Shown piece by piece: positions 8,147 to 16,499 of a DNA stretch of 32,000 bases (the first letter of the stretch is position 1; each line of letters opens with the position of its first letter). Both the position numbers and the translations under genes were made by a program. Under the pieces are notes generated by a model, which did no database searches, was not told the DNA's origin, and saw only the letters and a program-made list of their open reading frames with translations. Source of the stretch: Staphylothermus marinus F1 (GTDB taxonomy: Archaea; Thermoproteota; Thermoprotei_A; Sulfolobales; Desulfurococcaceae); NCBI RefSeq assembly GCF_000015945.1, contig NC_009033.1:720001-752000 (forward strand), given 5' to 3'.

Positions 8147-8617
8147 TTGAAAGCATATGATATAATAATAGCTCGTGGACACCCCAACATAAAAGCAACA
8201 CATAAAACAACTATTGAAATAACAAAGGAAAACTATCTAACCCCTAGAGGAGACTGCATAATAGGTGTTGCTAGTAATAAGTCGGCAAATGATCTAAGGC
8301 CTGAGCTGAAAAATATTCTAAAACAAGATAATACAATAGCTGTGTTCATACTATATGTCGGCGAATTAATGGATTACATATTAGCTACAGGTTCAAAAAA
8401 CCTATTAATACAGGATGAGAAGAAACTTATTATTAGGAAAAGCACATATATTGAGCCCGCAACAATAGCTATAAGATCAAATAAAGCCGCAAAAGATATT
8501 GATCGTAGAATCGTGGAGAAACTGAGGGATCCAAACACTATTCTGAAAATCTACATAGTAGGATTAACGCTTGACGAGATCAAGCCTATAAATATAAGTA
8601 TAGGGAGCATAGTCTAA
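8147..8617 (+). CDS. Conserved archaeal hypothetical protein (DUF371-like, from memory)
   Basis: 156 aa. The N-terminus ARGHPNIKATHKTTIEITKENYLTPRGDCIIGV matches my recollection of the DUF371 signature. TTG start with GAGGTGA upstream. Confidence 0.55.
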   Translation: MKAYDIIIARGHPNIKATHKTTIEITKENYLTPRGDCIIGVASNKSANDLRPELKNILKQDNTIAVFILYVGELMDYILATGSKNLLIQDEKKLIIRKSTYIEPATIAIRSNKAAKDIDRRIVEKLRDPNTILKIYIVGLTLDEIKPINISIGSIV

Positions 8618-9556
8618 TACTCTCGTAGCTTTCTCTAAAAACCACTTATCACTATACTTGCCAATTCTCTCCAACACATCTTCCAAGCTTTTCCCAATAA
8701 TATATAAGTGCAAGATCCCGTTTTTCCTAAGCAAGTAATCGTAGACATACATATATTCAATGCTTTTATGAGGGAGATTAGCTATTAATCGGTCAAAGTA
8801 TTCTTTAAGACTTGGAAAATTCATAAACTCTTTAGCATCAATCTTTGTAACAGCTATGTTTCCCCTAAGTTTTTTTCTATTTAATAATATATTATCAATT
8901 ATTGATACAAATGCATAAGGGTTAAGATCATTAGCTAAAATAAATGATTTATGCATCGAAGCTATATGTATTGGAAATCCTCCTATACCGCTGAATAAAT
9001 CTATTATTTTTTCATTATCACCACTAATAGTAGCAATCCTCCTATGTTCTTCTGATAATCGTTTATTATAGTATACTTTGCCCAGCATTATCCTGAATAA
9101 TAAACCATATTCTTTAACAATAACTGATCCTACTTCTACTCCCCAAATTAGTTTTAGCTTTGGTAAACGGAACTCATTAATGGTTTTCTCCTTAATATAA
9201 ATAGCTTTAATATGTGGATGTAGATCAAGTAATGTATTAATTAGTTGTTCTCTACTAATATTTTCCAGTACATTTTCTCTCACAACAACTATGTCTCCCA
9301 ATAGATCATATGATGGGATATATTTGTGATCTCTATGTTTTCTCCTCTTTTCCAGTAAACAATCAATTAATTCATACTCGAATTCTTTAAGTATAATATG
9401 TACTTTATCATCTGATCCTTGAATAATAGGTATATATACATACTCTTTATCATGTGATACTTTATATTCCCTATTTAGAAGCCCGTGTTTTTTCAGTAAA
9501 GCTAATACGTTATTAGCGTATCTCTTATATATTTTAACGCATTTAGTCATTTCCAA
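8564..9556 (-). CDS. trm5: tRNA (guanine37-N1)-methyltransferase Trm5 / Met-10+ family (Trm5/Taw2-like)
   Basis: 330 aa. Matches the SAM motif DLFSGIGGFPIHIA, NDLNPYA and RLIANLP (the NLP motif). Its 3' end overlaps the convergent gene 8147-8617 by 54 nt. Confidence 0.75.
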   Translation of the reverse strand: MEMTKCVKIYKRYANNVLALLKKHGLLNREYKVSHDKEYVYIPIIQGSDDKVHIILKEFEYELIDCLLEKRRKHRDHKYIPSYDLLGDIVVVRENVLENISREQLINTLLDLHPHIKAIYIKEKTINEFRLPKLKLIWGVEVGSVIVKEYGLLFRIMLGKVYYNKRLSEEHRRIATISGDNEKIIDLFSGIGGFPIHIASMHKSFILANDLNPYAFVSIIDNILLNRKKLRGNIAVTKIDAKEFMNFPSLKEYFDRLIANLPHKSIEYMYVYDYLLRKNGILHLYIIGKSLEDVLERIGKYSDKWFLEKATRVLDYAPYTYIYRLDLVKR

Positions 9557-9634
9557 TACCAGTAAAACACTAAAGAATAGGGTATTATAATATCTTTCAA
9601 TAACAAAATAATATCTTTGAGAGAGTGAAACAAA

Positions 9635-10465
9635 ATGATGAAAGAAGTTTTTAGGAGAGCTTTGATAATTTATCGACCAACACCAATCTGCCTAGATAAG
9701 GCAAAAAAGATCATCGAGTTATTGAGAGAGTACGGATTAGCAGTTAATTCTTTCTGGGTAGATGACTTGATCAAGGAGATGAAAATCAAGACAGACTTAA
9801 TAGTAAGTATTGGAGGTGACGGCACATTATTAAAGATCTCGAGAGTATTCCAAGACACAACTCCATTAATACTACCGATACCTTGTGGTAGGAGAACAGC
9901 ATTATATGAACCATTTGATACAGATGATCTAGAAAGAATTCTTGACATGGTAATGAATGGGTTATTCACTATACAAACACTTGGCAGAATAGATGTTGTA
10001 TTAGATAATAATAGATATACTGCTTTAAACGAAGTAGCATTGATCTCTATAGATAGAGGTAGGGTTATAAGATTTAAGATAACGGCGAAAACTCCAGCAT
10101 TTATATCTGAGTATTATTTGGAGGGAGACGGAATCCTCATAGGAGCTTCTCCAGGATCTGCAGCTTATAATTTATCGACGAGAGGGCCATTTATAGATTA
10201 TTTTCTAGAAACAATATTTATTACACCATTAAACCCTATGGAACTAAATATTTCACCAATCATAGTTCCCTCGTTATCTAAAATACTAATTGAAACAATG
10301 GGGATAATGGAAATATATATTGATGGTGAAAGAACCGATATACTGGGGCCGCATAGAAAAATACTTGTTGAGCATAGTAATAGGGATTTTAGAATTATAA
10401 GAGTCTATGGGAAAAAAGATTTCATAAGGGATGTATTTGAGAAAAGAAGAATATCGCATCCATAA
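9635..10465 (+). CDS. nadK: NAD kinase
   Basis: 276 aa. Matches the GGDGTLL motif, NE.al......r...f.i and the SPGSAAYNLS-type segment (GS.AY). Confidence 0.85.
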   Translation: MMKEVFRRALIIYRPTPICLDKAKKIIELLREYGLAVNSFWVDDLIKEMKIKTDLIVSIGGDGTLLKISRVFQDTTPLILPIPCGRRTALYEPFDTDDLERILDMVMNGLFTIQTLGRIDVVLDNNRYTALNEVALISIDRGRVIRFKITAKTPAFISEYYLEGDGILIGASPGSAAYNLSTRGPFIDYFLETIFITPLNPMELNISPIIVPSLSKILIETMGIMEIYIDGERTDILGPHRKILVEHSNRDFRIIRVYGKKDFIRDVFEKRRISHP

Positions 10466-10985
10466 TAAAAATAATAGTAGGAAGCTAAATATAGTGTTTG
10501 ACACCTCTGCATTTCTAGCAAAATACCATTTACAATTACCAAGATACATTGTTAAAATATATACTGTTCCAAGAGTAGTTGATGAGGTAAGGGATCAGGA
10601 AAATAAGGAAGCTCTCGAACTAGGTATTGAGACTAAAATGATTGAAGTAATTGAGCCAAGAGAGGATTTTAGAAGAAAAACCATAATTAAAGCTAGGAAA
10701 ATAGGAGAACATGTATCCTTATCTAAAACAGATATCGATGTAGCAGCACTTTCTCTACAATTAAAAACAATACATGATAAGGTAATTGTTTTCACAGATG
10801 ATTACTCTCTTCAAAACCTCTTATACCATATGGGGATTCCATTTAAACCTTTGAGAACGAAGGGTATTAGAAAAGCTAGAAAATACCGAGTATACTGTCC
10901 CGTTTGTGGATACGTTCCAGCAGACCCCTCAGAAGATACATGCCCAATATGTGGTTCTAAACTTGTTAAGAAACATATGAAATAA
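10431..10985 (+). CDS. nob1: Nob1-like endoribonuclease with a PIN domain and a C-terminal zinc ribbon
   Basis: The N-terminus IVFDTSAFL (PIN acidic motif) and TDDYSLQN are present, and the C-terminus is CPVCG....CPICG. The track start at 10431 overlaps the NAD kinase gene. GTG at 10494 is an alternative start. Confidence 0.7.
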   Translation: MYLRKEEYRIHNKNNSRKLNIVFDTSAFLAKYHLQLPRYIVKIYTVPRVVDEVRDQENKEALELGIETKMIEVIEPREDFRRKTIIKARKIGEHVSLSKTDIDVAALSLQLKTIHDKVIVFTDDYSLQNLLYHMGIPFKPLRTKGIRKARKYRVYCPVCGYVPADPSEDTCPICGSKLVKKHMK

Positions 10986-10986
10986 T

Positions 10987-12141
10987 CTATTTTCTTCTTA
11001 GAACAGCTACAAAGAATCCAGGCATATCATAGCCTAGCGGTGAAAACCTATAAGCTACAATGTCTCTATAATAGATTTTATCAGCATAGGGGATCTTTCC
11101 TAAATCAATTGTTTCCAGCCCCAGCTTCCTCACTGCATATATAATGTTTTCTTCGTTCTCCTCCCATGTTAGCGTGCATGTGGAATAAACAATAATGCCT
11201 TTTCTAGTAAGAATAGTTGATGCTGAATTGAGAAATTGTCGCTGATACTTACTAAGAACCACTATATCCTCGCCTCTAATATCAATGTCTATTTTAGGTC
11301 TAACACCTAAACCTGTACATGGAGGATCAATTAATATCTTATCAACCTTCTCCGAGACGTTTAGATCTAAGTGAACATATCTGGAATCCATAGGCAAAAT
11401 AATAACGTTCCGTAGAAGACGGAGTCTTTTCAGGGTAGAATATACTTTTAATGCCTTCTTCACATTTCTCTCAAACGCTATAATTCTGCTCCTACCTTGA
11501 GATAATTGTACTAGATGACTGGTTTTACCGCCTGGAGCAGCATTCATATCAAATATTAGCTCGCCAGGCTGGGGATCAAGTATTCTTGAAACCATCATAG
11601 CTGGAAGACTTTGAGGATAAAATAATCCTAGATCATATTCCTCTAGATCACGGATTGGAGGAGCTTTATAAATTGATACAATGTTTTCGCCGACAATTCC
11701 TTTCTTCATATATTTCAGCTTATCCGATGAAACAAGCGTTCTAACAACGGCTATTATTCTTCCATTAGTAGCTTGAATATTAACATACTCATTCTCTTTA
11801 AAGCGATCAAATCTTACTATGCCTGGTCTATAAAGATTTGCACCAATCATTATGGATTCAGCAGCATATTTATCGACAATGATTTTTTTGTCATAAACAG
11901 GTATCTTATTAGGCCCTTCTAATTCAATGAATACTGCTTCTTCAACATAGGGATCCTCCTTTACATTAATACCACGCTTTTTCAATCGTTCAACTAGTTC
12001 TTCTCGAGTGATAAGCATAGTATTTACACGTAAGTAGAGCCGTTTAGGAGGCAATAATATTTTGTCTAATAGAGAATAAGTTAAGCTTCCATAAACTTTT
12101 CTCAAAGAAGCAATTAGGCCATAATCAATATTCTTGCTCAT
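10987..12141 (-). CDS. RNA cytosine-C5 methyltransferase of the NOL1/NOP2/Sun family with an N-terminal PUA-like domain
   Basis: 384 aa. Matches DMNAAPGGKTSHL (SAM binding), DPPCTGLG (motif IV catalytic Cys) and YSTCT (motif VI). Its ATG overlaps the upstream stop as ATGA. Confidence 0.85.
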   Translation of the reverse strand: MSKNIDYGLIASLRKVYGSLTYSLLDKILLPPKRLYLRVNTMLITREELVERLKKRGINVKEDPYVEEAVFIELEGPNKIPVYDKKIIVDKYAAESIMIGANLYRPGIVRFDRFKENEYVNIQATNGRIIAVVRTLVSSDKLKYMKKGIVGENIVSIYKAPPIRDLEEYDLGLFYPQSLPAMMVSRILDPQPGELIFDMNAAPGGKTSHLVQLSQGRSRIIAFERNVKKALKVYSTLKRLRLLRNVIILPMDSRYVHLDLNVSEKVDKILIDPPCTGLGVRPKIDIDIRGEDIVVLSKYQRQFLNSASTILTRKGIIVYSTCTLTWEENEENIIYAVRKLGLETIDLGKIPYADKIYYRDIVAYRFSPLGYDMPGFFVAVLRRK

Positions 12142-12803
12142 TTTTTCTCAGCTCTAATACAAACAAAGCCTGAATCAGGAACCAGAGATTTAACAGGTAC
12201 CTCATATGTTGGAGGAGTGCTGGGAGGATATAATAGTGTTGAACAAGTATCTTTAACTATGAATCCCGTAATTGACAACATATAGTATAGTTCTTGAATA
12301 GTATAGAATCTAGCATATTTATAGAATAAGCTCTTACCACTATTCTTTAACCACCTATAATAAATTCCCCAACTACTCTCTTTAGGGACAACACACGTCA
12401 CCAAAGTACCATTCTTCTTTAAAACCCTATTGATCTCAGACAACATCTTCAATGGATCATTTACAAAACATATCGTGACAACCACTATGACGGAGTCGAA
12501 ATAATTATCAATAAATGGGAGATCCTCCCCAAACGAGTTAATAGTCAAAAACCCTCTTCTACTAGCATACAACAACATTTTCTCAGAAGGATCAACACCT
12601 ACCATAGACTTAGATAATCCATACGTTAAAATACCTGTACCAACACCTACGTCTAAAATCTTACCATATAAACCAATTGATTTAATACAGTCTCTTTCAG
12701 CCTTCATAATATTATAGTTTCTAAGATACCAGTTCTCATATTTCCAGTAATATTTATCGAAAACTCTATACGAACTATTCATTTCCATGAATAGATACCC
12801 CAA
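12138..12803 (-). CDS. Class I SAM-dependent methyltransferase (Methyltransf_11/UbiE-like)
   Basis: Matches ILDVGVGTGIL (motif I) and DSVIVVVTICFV..P...L.EI.RVLKKNG.L. It is translationally coupled to the downstream NSUN gene through an ATGA overlap. The start is uncertain: TTG 12803, or ATG 12788 or 12782. Confidence 0.75.
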   Translation of the reverse strand: MGYLFMEMNSSYRVFDKYYWKYENWYLRNYNIMKAERDCIKSIGLYGKILDVGVGTGILTYGLSKSMVGVDPSEKMLLYASRRGFLTINSFGEDLPFIDNYFDSVIVVVTICFVNDPLKMLSEINRVLKKNGTLVTCVVPKESSWGIYYRWLKNSGKSLFYKYARFYTIQELYYMLSITGFIVKDTCSTLLYPPSTPPTYEVPVKSLVPDSGFVCIRAEKK

Positions 12804-12891
12804 AATGAAAGGATATACTTATAAGAATTAAAACATATTTGAAATAATGATTAACCACATCCATAAATGCTTCTAGAGAGGTGTAACTAAG

Positions 12892-13212
12892 ATGATCCCA
12901 GATGTTAGAATAGAGGATCACGAGCTACAAGAAGCTCTCGGCAAAGTCGAGAAAAAAGAAGAGGTTGACGAGAAACAAAGATGGATACAGAGAATGATTA
13001 GAAGCGCTAAACACCACCACAAGATCTGTCCATACTATGATAAAAAAACTGGAATGTGCTTCCTCACACTAGGAGAAAAATGCACACGTGATGGAAGATA
13101 CGAGACATGCCCCGTGTTCAGAGAGTTTCTGGAGAAGAAATATGAAGAGTATAAATCTAAAGGTTTACCTTTACCAGTTGACTTCGCAGATATAACAATT
13201 ATGCCGTTCTAA
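12892..13212 (+). CDS. Hypothetical Cys-containing protein
   Basis: 106-aa ORF with GAGGTG upstream. Has an HHHKICPYYDKKTGMCF...CTRDG.YETCPVF cysteine pattern. No family recognised. Confidence 0.5.
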   Translation: MIPDVRIEDHELQEALGKVEKKEEVDEKQRWIQRMIRSAKHHHKICPYYDKKTGMCFLTLGEKCTRDGRYETCPVFREFLEKKYEEYKSKGLPLPVDFADITIMPF

Positions 13213-13251
13213 TATTAATTGGTTCACTAAATACATAGAGATGATCAATAA

Positions 13252-13485
13252 ATGAGCGGTGAGGAAAAGGTAAAGGAGTATAAAATAAGTGATCTAGATA
13301 AGATCTGGATGGAATATGATAGACAAAATGATATCTTGTACATTAACTTCGGATACGATATCGAAGATGCAGATGAAGAATTCCTCAGCGGAGACGGCGA
13401 CATAGTGGTAAGAATAAAGAATAGAAGAGTAGTCTCAATAATGATAATGAATTTCAGCGATAAAGCAAACATTATCGTGTATTAA
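13252..13485 (+). CDS. DUF2283-like small protein
   Basis: 77 aa. EYDRQNDILYINFG...GDIVVRIKNRRVVSIMI resembles the DUF2283 pattern (YD.e.D.LYI.f). Confidence 0.55.
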   Translation: MSGEEKVKEYKISDLDKIWMEYDRQNDILYINFGYDIEDADEEFLSGDGDIVVRIKNRRVVSIMIMNFSDKANIIVY

Positions 13486-13490
13486 TAGTA

Positions 13491-13841
13491 TTATCTGGGA
13501 ATACCTCGCGGAATCATATGTATTAATACTTTGTTTTTAGACACTACCTTAAACAAGTATTCATTAAGTACTCTAACACATGCATCTTCGCTTCTGCACA
13601 TTATATTTACTAGATAATTCTTATCGTTGTAATATAGCTCTAAGAACTCGTTTTGGCAAAGATACATTTTGAAATTCATGGAGGAGTCCTCATAGCTATA
13701 AATTTTCCTACACATATTGTTGAGAATACCGATAAGATCGCTAAATGATTTCTCATCGATCTCCAGATCTATCGCTAGAGTGATCAATGAATTGTTCATA
13801 AAGCTACATCCACCATATAGGTTATTAAAGGAATAATTCAC
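13491..13841 (-). CDS. Hypothetical protein
   Basis: 116-aa ORF that overlaps the stop of the upstream NifX-like gene by 17 nt, which suggests an operon. No recognisable motif. Confidence 0.45.
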   Translation of the reverse strand: MNYSFNNLYGGCSFMNNSLITLAIDLEIDEKSFSDLIGILNNMCRKIYSYEDSSMNFKMYLCQNEFLELYYNDKNYLVNIMCRSEDACVRVLNEYLFKVVSKNKVLIHMIPRGIPR

Positions 13842-14133
13842 GTATTAAATCATCTATTCTGCGTGGCTTAACAACATATACTTTCACACCATTCTCCTCA
13901 ATATCATATGCAAGTTCTTCGCTTATTTCGCCAGTTATAATAATTGCTGGATCATATTTATCAAACACTTCCTCAAGAATCCAGAAACCATCTTTGTATA
14001 GATTATTCAATTCCTCTATGACAACGTGCTTGTCAGCATCATAAACGGCTATTTTAGAGGCTCTATCCAGTGAAGTCACATATCCATCATTATTAATTGT
14101 TATCATAACTATATTATTACCCATATAGAGCAC
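13825..14133 (-). CDS. NifX/NifB-like protein with the dinitrogenase FeMo-cofactor-binding fold (PF02579-like)
   Basis: 102 aa. IVMITINNDGYVTSLDRASKIAVYD......IEEL......PAIIITGEISEELAYDIEENGVKVYVV matches the family layout. Confidence 0.55.
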   Translation of the reverse strand: MLYMGNNIVMITINNDGYVTSLDRASKIAVYDADKHVVIEELNNLYKDGFWILEEVFDKYDPAIIITGEISEELAYDIEENGVKVYVVKPRRIDDLIRELFL

Positions 14134-14171
14134 CTAATCAGTATAAGATATTTTTATAGGTTTATAATGCT

Positions 14172-15065
14172 ATGCTTCACAATATTCAGAGAGTGAAGAA
14201 CATGTATAAAGTAGATGTTAAGCGAGCTGAGTTCATAGGCTCTTTAATAAGTAAGATTAGAGATTTCATAGATTTATTAGAGAAAAATGATCCACAATAC
14301 CATGCTGTATCAGAGCTTGTGAGACATTATGGAAAAGAACTAACCTCAATAATAGTGGTTGCAAATGCTCTCATAAGTTATCAATTATCTAGTCGAGGAG
14401 AAGAATACTGGTCTGCATTGTCAAAATGGTTTATTGATAGAAGAGAAAAAATCAAAGACATAAATAATATTATAGAGAACCACATAATGTTCTTGAAAAT
14501 CACAAACTATAATAGAATGGGTCTAAAACACAAGATCAAAAGATTACAAGTATTCTACAATAGTAGCTTAGCAAAAAACCTAGTGAACTCTCCACTAAAA
14601 TTCTGTAACCAACTAGATAAATTAGTATATATGATCAGTAAAATCCTAAAAACCGATCCCACAGCGAAAACCGTGGTTTTTGCGGGAAAAATGTATTATT
14701 ACTTTTGCTTAACATGTAAGGCTGAGATAAGCGGTGAAATACCCATACCGGTGGATCGTAGAAATTCATTTCTTGCAATAACCAGTTGTATAGTGGGATG
14801 CAAGAACAATACATCCACATGTGTAAAAGAGCTTATGACCCCTAAAAACAGAGAAATAGTTATAGAGGCTTGGAAAATAGTATCTGAAAAAGCAAACATA
14901 CCTCTATATAAACTTGATTCCTTTACATGGTTATTAACAGGTATGATTAGACAACTAAAAGAACCTATTAAGATCTATAGAACAATTTGTAGTAAATATA
15001 ATTATTGTAGAGAAGAACTTCGGGAGATATTGAAAGAGCTTATACATTGTAGAGGTAAATATTGA
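14172..15065 (+). CDS. Probable archaeal 8-oxoguanine DNA glycosylase (AGOG-like N-glycosylase/DNA lyase)
   Basis: NALISYQLSSRGEEYW and IPIPVDRR resemble my recollection of AGOG-family motifs. TTTATAA at 14161-14167 suggests the real start is ATG 14202. Confidence 0.5.
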   Translation: MLHNIQRVKNMYKVDVKRAEFIGSLISKIRDFIDLLEKNDPQYHAVSELVRHYGKELTSIIVVANALISYQLSSRGEEYWSALSKWFIDRREKIKDINNIIENHIMFLKITNYNRMGLKHKIKRLQVFYNSSLAKNLVNSPLKFCNQLDKLVYMISKILKTDPTAKTVVFAGKMYYYFCLTCKAEISGEIPIPVDRRNSFLAITSCIVGCKNNTSTCVKELMTPKNREIVIEAWKIVSEKANIPLYKLDSFTWLLTGMIRQLKEPIKIYRTICSKYNYCREELREILKELIHCRGKY

Positions 15066-15119
15066 TTATATTCCTACCATAATACCTAACATAGTATAAT
15101 CGCCTAGGTGTAAGAAAAA

Positions 15120-15809
15120 TTGACATTGTCTAGACACAATAGTATTTCTACTCATAAAAACTTACATATAGCTATAATACCTACTGGTAGCTATGAGTAT
15201 CACGGTGAAGATCTCCCACTTGATACTGATAGTGTTATAGCTGAAGAAATAGTTTCTCTATGCATTAACAATTTCAAGTATGAGAAGAATATAAATATAC
15301 ATATCTATCCTGTTCTAAAATATGGTTATTCCATAGAATGGCTTAAATATCCTGGAACGATCAATGTTGATCCTAAAATTTATTTAGACTTATTAGATTC
15401 CATAGTGGATTCCATAGAGAAGAACATTTCTCCAGCCGGCTACATATTTGTTAACGGGCATGGAGGAAACTATTCTCTCCTAGAAGTTTTCTCCCGTAAA
15501 AAATTCTACGAGTTAAAGAAACCATTTATCATAATTGATATATGGAGAATTGCTTCTGGGTATGGATTAAAATATTGTCATGGATGCTTGTTTGAACAAC
15601 AACTATACAGTTGTTTAACTAGTAAATCAATAAAGGAAAATTATAGGGAAGAACAAATATGTTCTAGTTATAATGAACTACTTAAAGGATATATAGAAGA
15701 ATTAAAGATCGGTGGTTGTGGAGATATCAATATTGAACCCTGTGTTTTTGTTAATAAGATCTGTATGCTTATTGGTGAGGCAATAAAAATTATTATTGAT
15801 CACTCATAG
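15120..15809 (+). CDS. Creatininase-family amidohydrolase (ArfB/creatinine amidohydrolase-like)
   Basis: IIPTGSYEYHGEDLPLDTD and VNGHGGN are the metal-binding signatures of the family. TTG start. Confidence 0.75.
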   Translation: MTLSRHNSISTHKNLHIAIIPTGSYEYHGEDLPLDTDSVIAEEIVSLCINNFKYEKNINIHIYPVLKYGYSIEWLKYPGTINVDPKIYLDLLDSIVDSIEKNISPAGYIFVNGHGGNYSLLEVFSRKKFYELKKPFIIIDIWRIASGYGLKYCHGCLFEQQLYSCLTSKSIKENYREEQICSSYNELLKGYIEELKIGGCGDINIEPCVFVNKICMLIGEAIKIIIDHS

Positions 15810-15834
15810 AATTAATTATGAGGTGCATTCCTAA

Positions 15835-16281
15835 TTGGCAGAACAACTAGGCGTTAAAGGATACATTATAACTACTAAAATAACACGTGATCCCTACAAG
15901 TTGATGAGCAGACGAGGATATAAATGGTTCGGCATAATACCGGTGGAGATAAAGGGGCACGAAGTATTTCTTTGGACAAGCGGCGTTATTGCTCAATGGT
16001 TCAGTAAAGATGAGATTGTAAAGATTGTATTGAAGGATGAACCTAAAAAGGTGGGTGATACATGGATTCTTGGGCCAAACGACTACGATTTATACAGAGT
16101 ATATAGAGGCGAAGAAATACCTGTATGGCCTGTTTGGAGGAAAACATATGTTTTAGAGAGAAAAGATCCGTTAAATATTAGAAAAGTATATGAATACAAA
16201 GTTGTAGCTCGTGAAGCAATGAGTGAAGAAGACTATTTGCTTATTTGGATACTATACCATGGTTGTTTTGGAAAATTATGA
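15835..16281 (+). CDS. Hypothetical protein
   Basis: 148-aa ORF with a TTG start and GAGGTG 9 nt upstream. No recognisable family. Confidence 0.5.
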   Translation: MAEQLGVKGYIITTKITRDPYKLMSRRGYKWFGIIPVEIKGHEVFLWTSGVIAQWFSKDEIVKIVLKDEPKKVGDTWILGPNDYDLYRVYRGEEIPVWPVWRKTYVLERKDPLNIRKVYEYKVVAREAMSEEDYLLIWILYHGCFGKL

Positions 16282-16317
16282 AAACCATGATTGTTTTGAT
16301 AGATTGGCGGGGTTCGC

Positions 16318-16325
16318 TTTATAAA
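16318..16325 (+). promoter_or_regulatory. Consensus-like archaeal TATA box (TTTATAAA)
   Basis: It lies 36 nt after the stop of the upstream gene and about 25 nt before the structured GC-rich element. The predicted TSS is near 16347-16352. Confidence 0.4.
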
Positions 16326-16349
16326 CCCTCACTAATATAATGGTTAATA

Positions 16350-16497
16350 AAAAGCAGATGAAGGGCTCAAAAGTGGTCTGTGTGGAGCCCCGATAGCCCC
16401 CTCGATGAAGGGATGAAGCCCCAACCCAAGAGGGGGAAGCCCGTGCAGATATCCAAAGTTTCCAAAACAACCAAAAGATAAAGCACGGGCAACCACT
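16350..16497 (+). ncRNA. Candidate structured sRNA or cis-regulatory 5' leader, class unknown
   Basis: Three perfect GC-rich helices: 16363-68/16385-90 (6 bp), 16397-403/16430-36 (7 bp) and 16439-46/16483-90 (8 bp). GATGAAG occurs 3 times. There is a 36-nt C/A-rich loop. AGTGGT (16372-77) is complementary to ACCACT (16492-97) just before the ATG at 16500. Confidence 0.45.
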
Positions 16498-16499
16498 AT

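Noticed and set aside
13252-13485. DUF2283-like gene as the antitoxin of a toxin-antitoxin pair
   Set aside because: No DUF4258-like or other small toxin ORF is adjacent or co-oriented. The neighbouring 106-aa ORF is separated by its own SD and shows no toxin-like motif that I can recognise.
16397-16436. Fluoride (crcB-motif) or other known riboswitch
   Set aside because: Only a superficial CGATGA(A/G)GG resemblance exists. The conserved 3' CUGAUG..CCUAC portion is absent, and the downstream gene is not a fluoride-related transporter.
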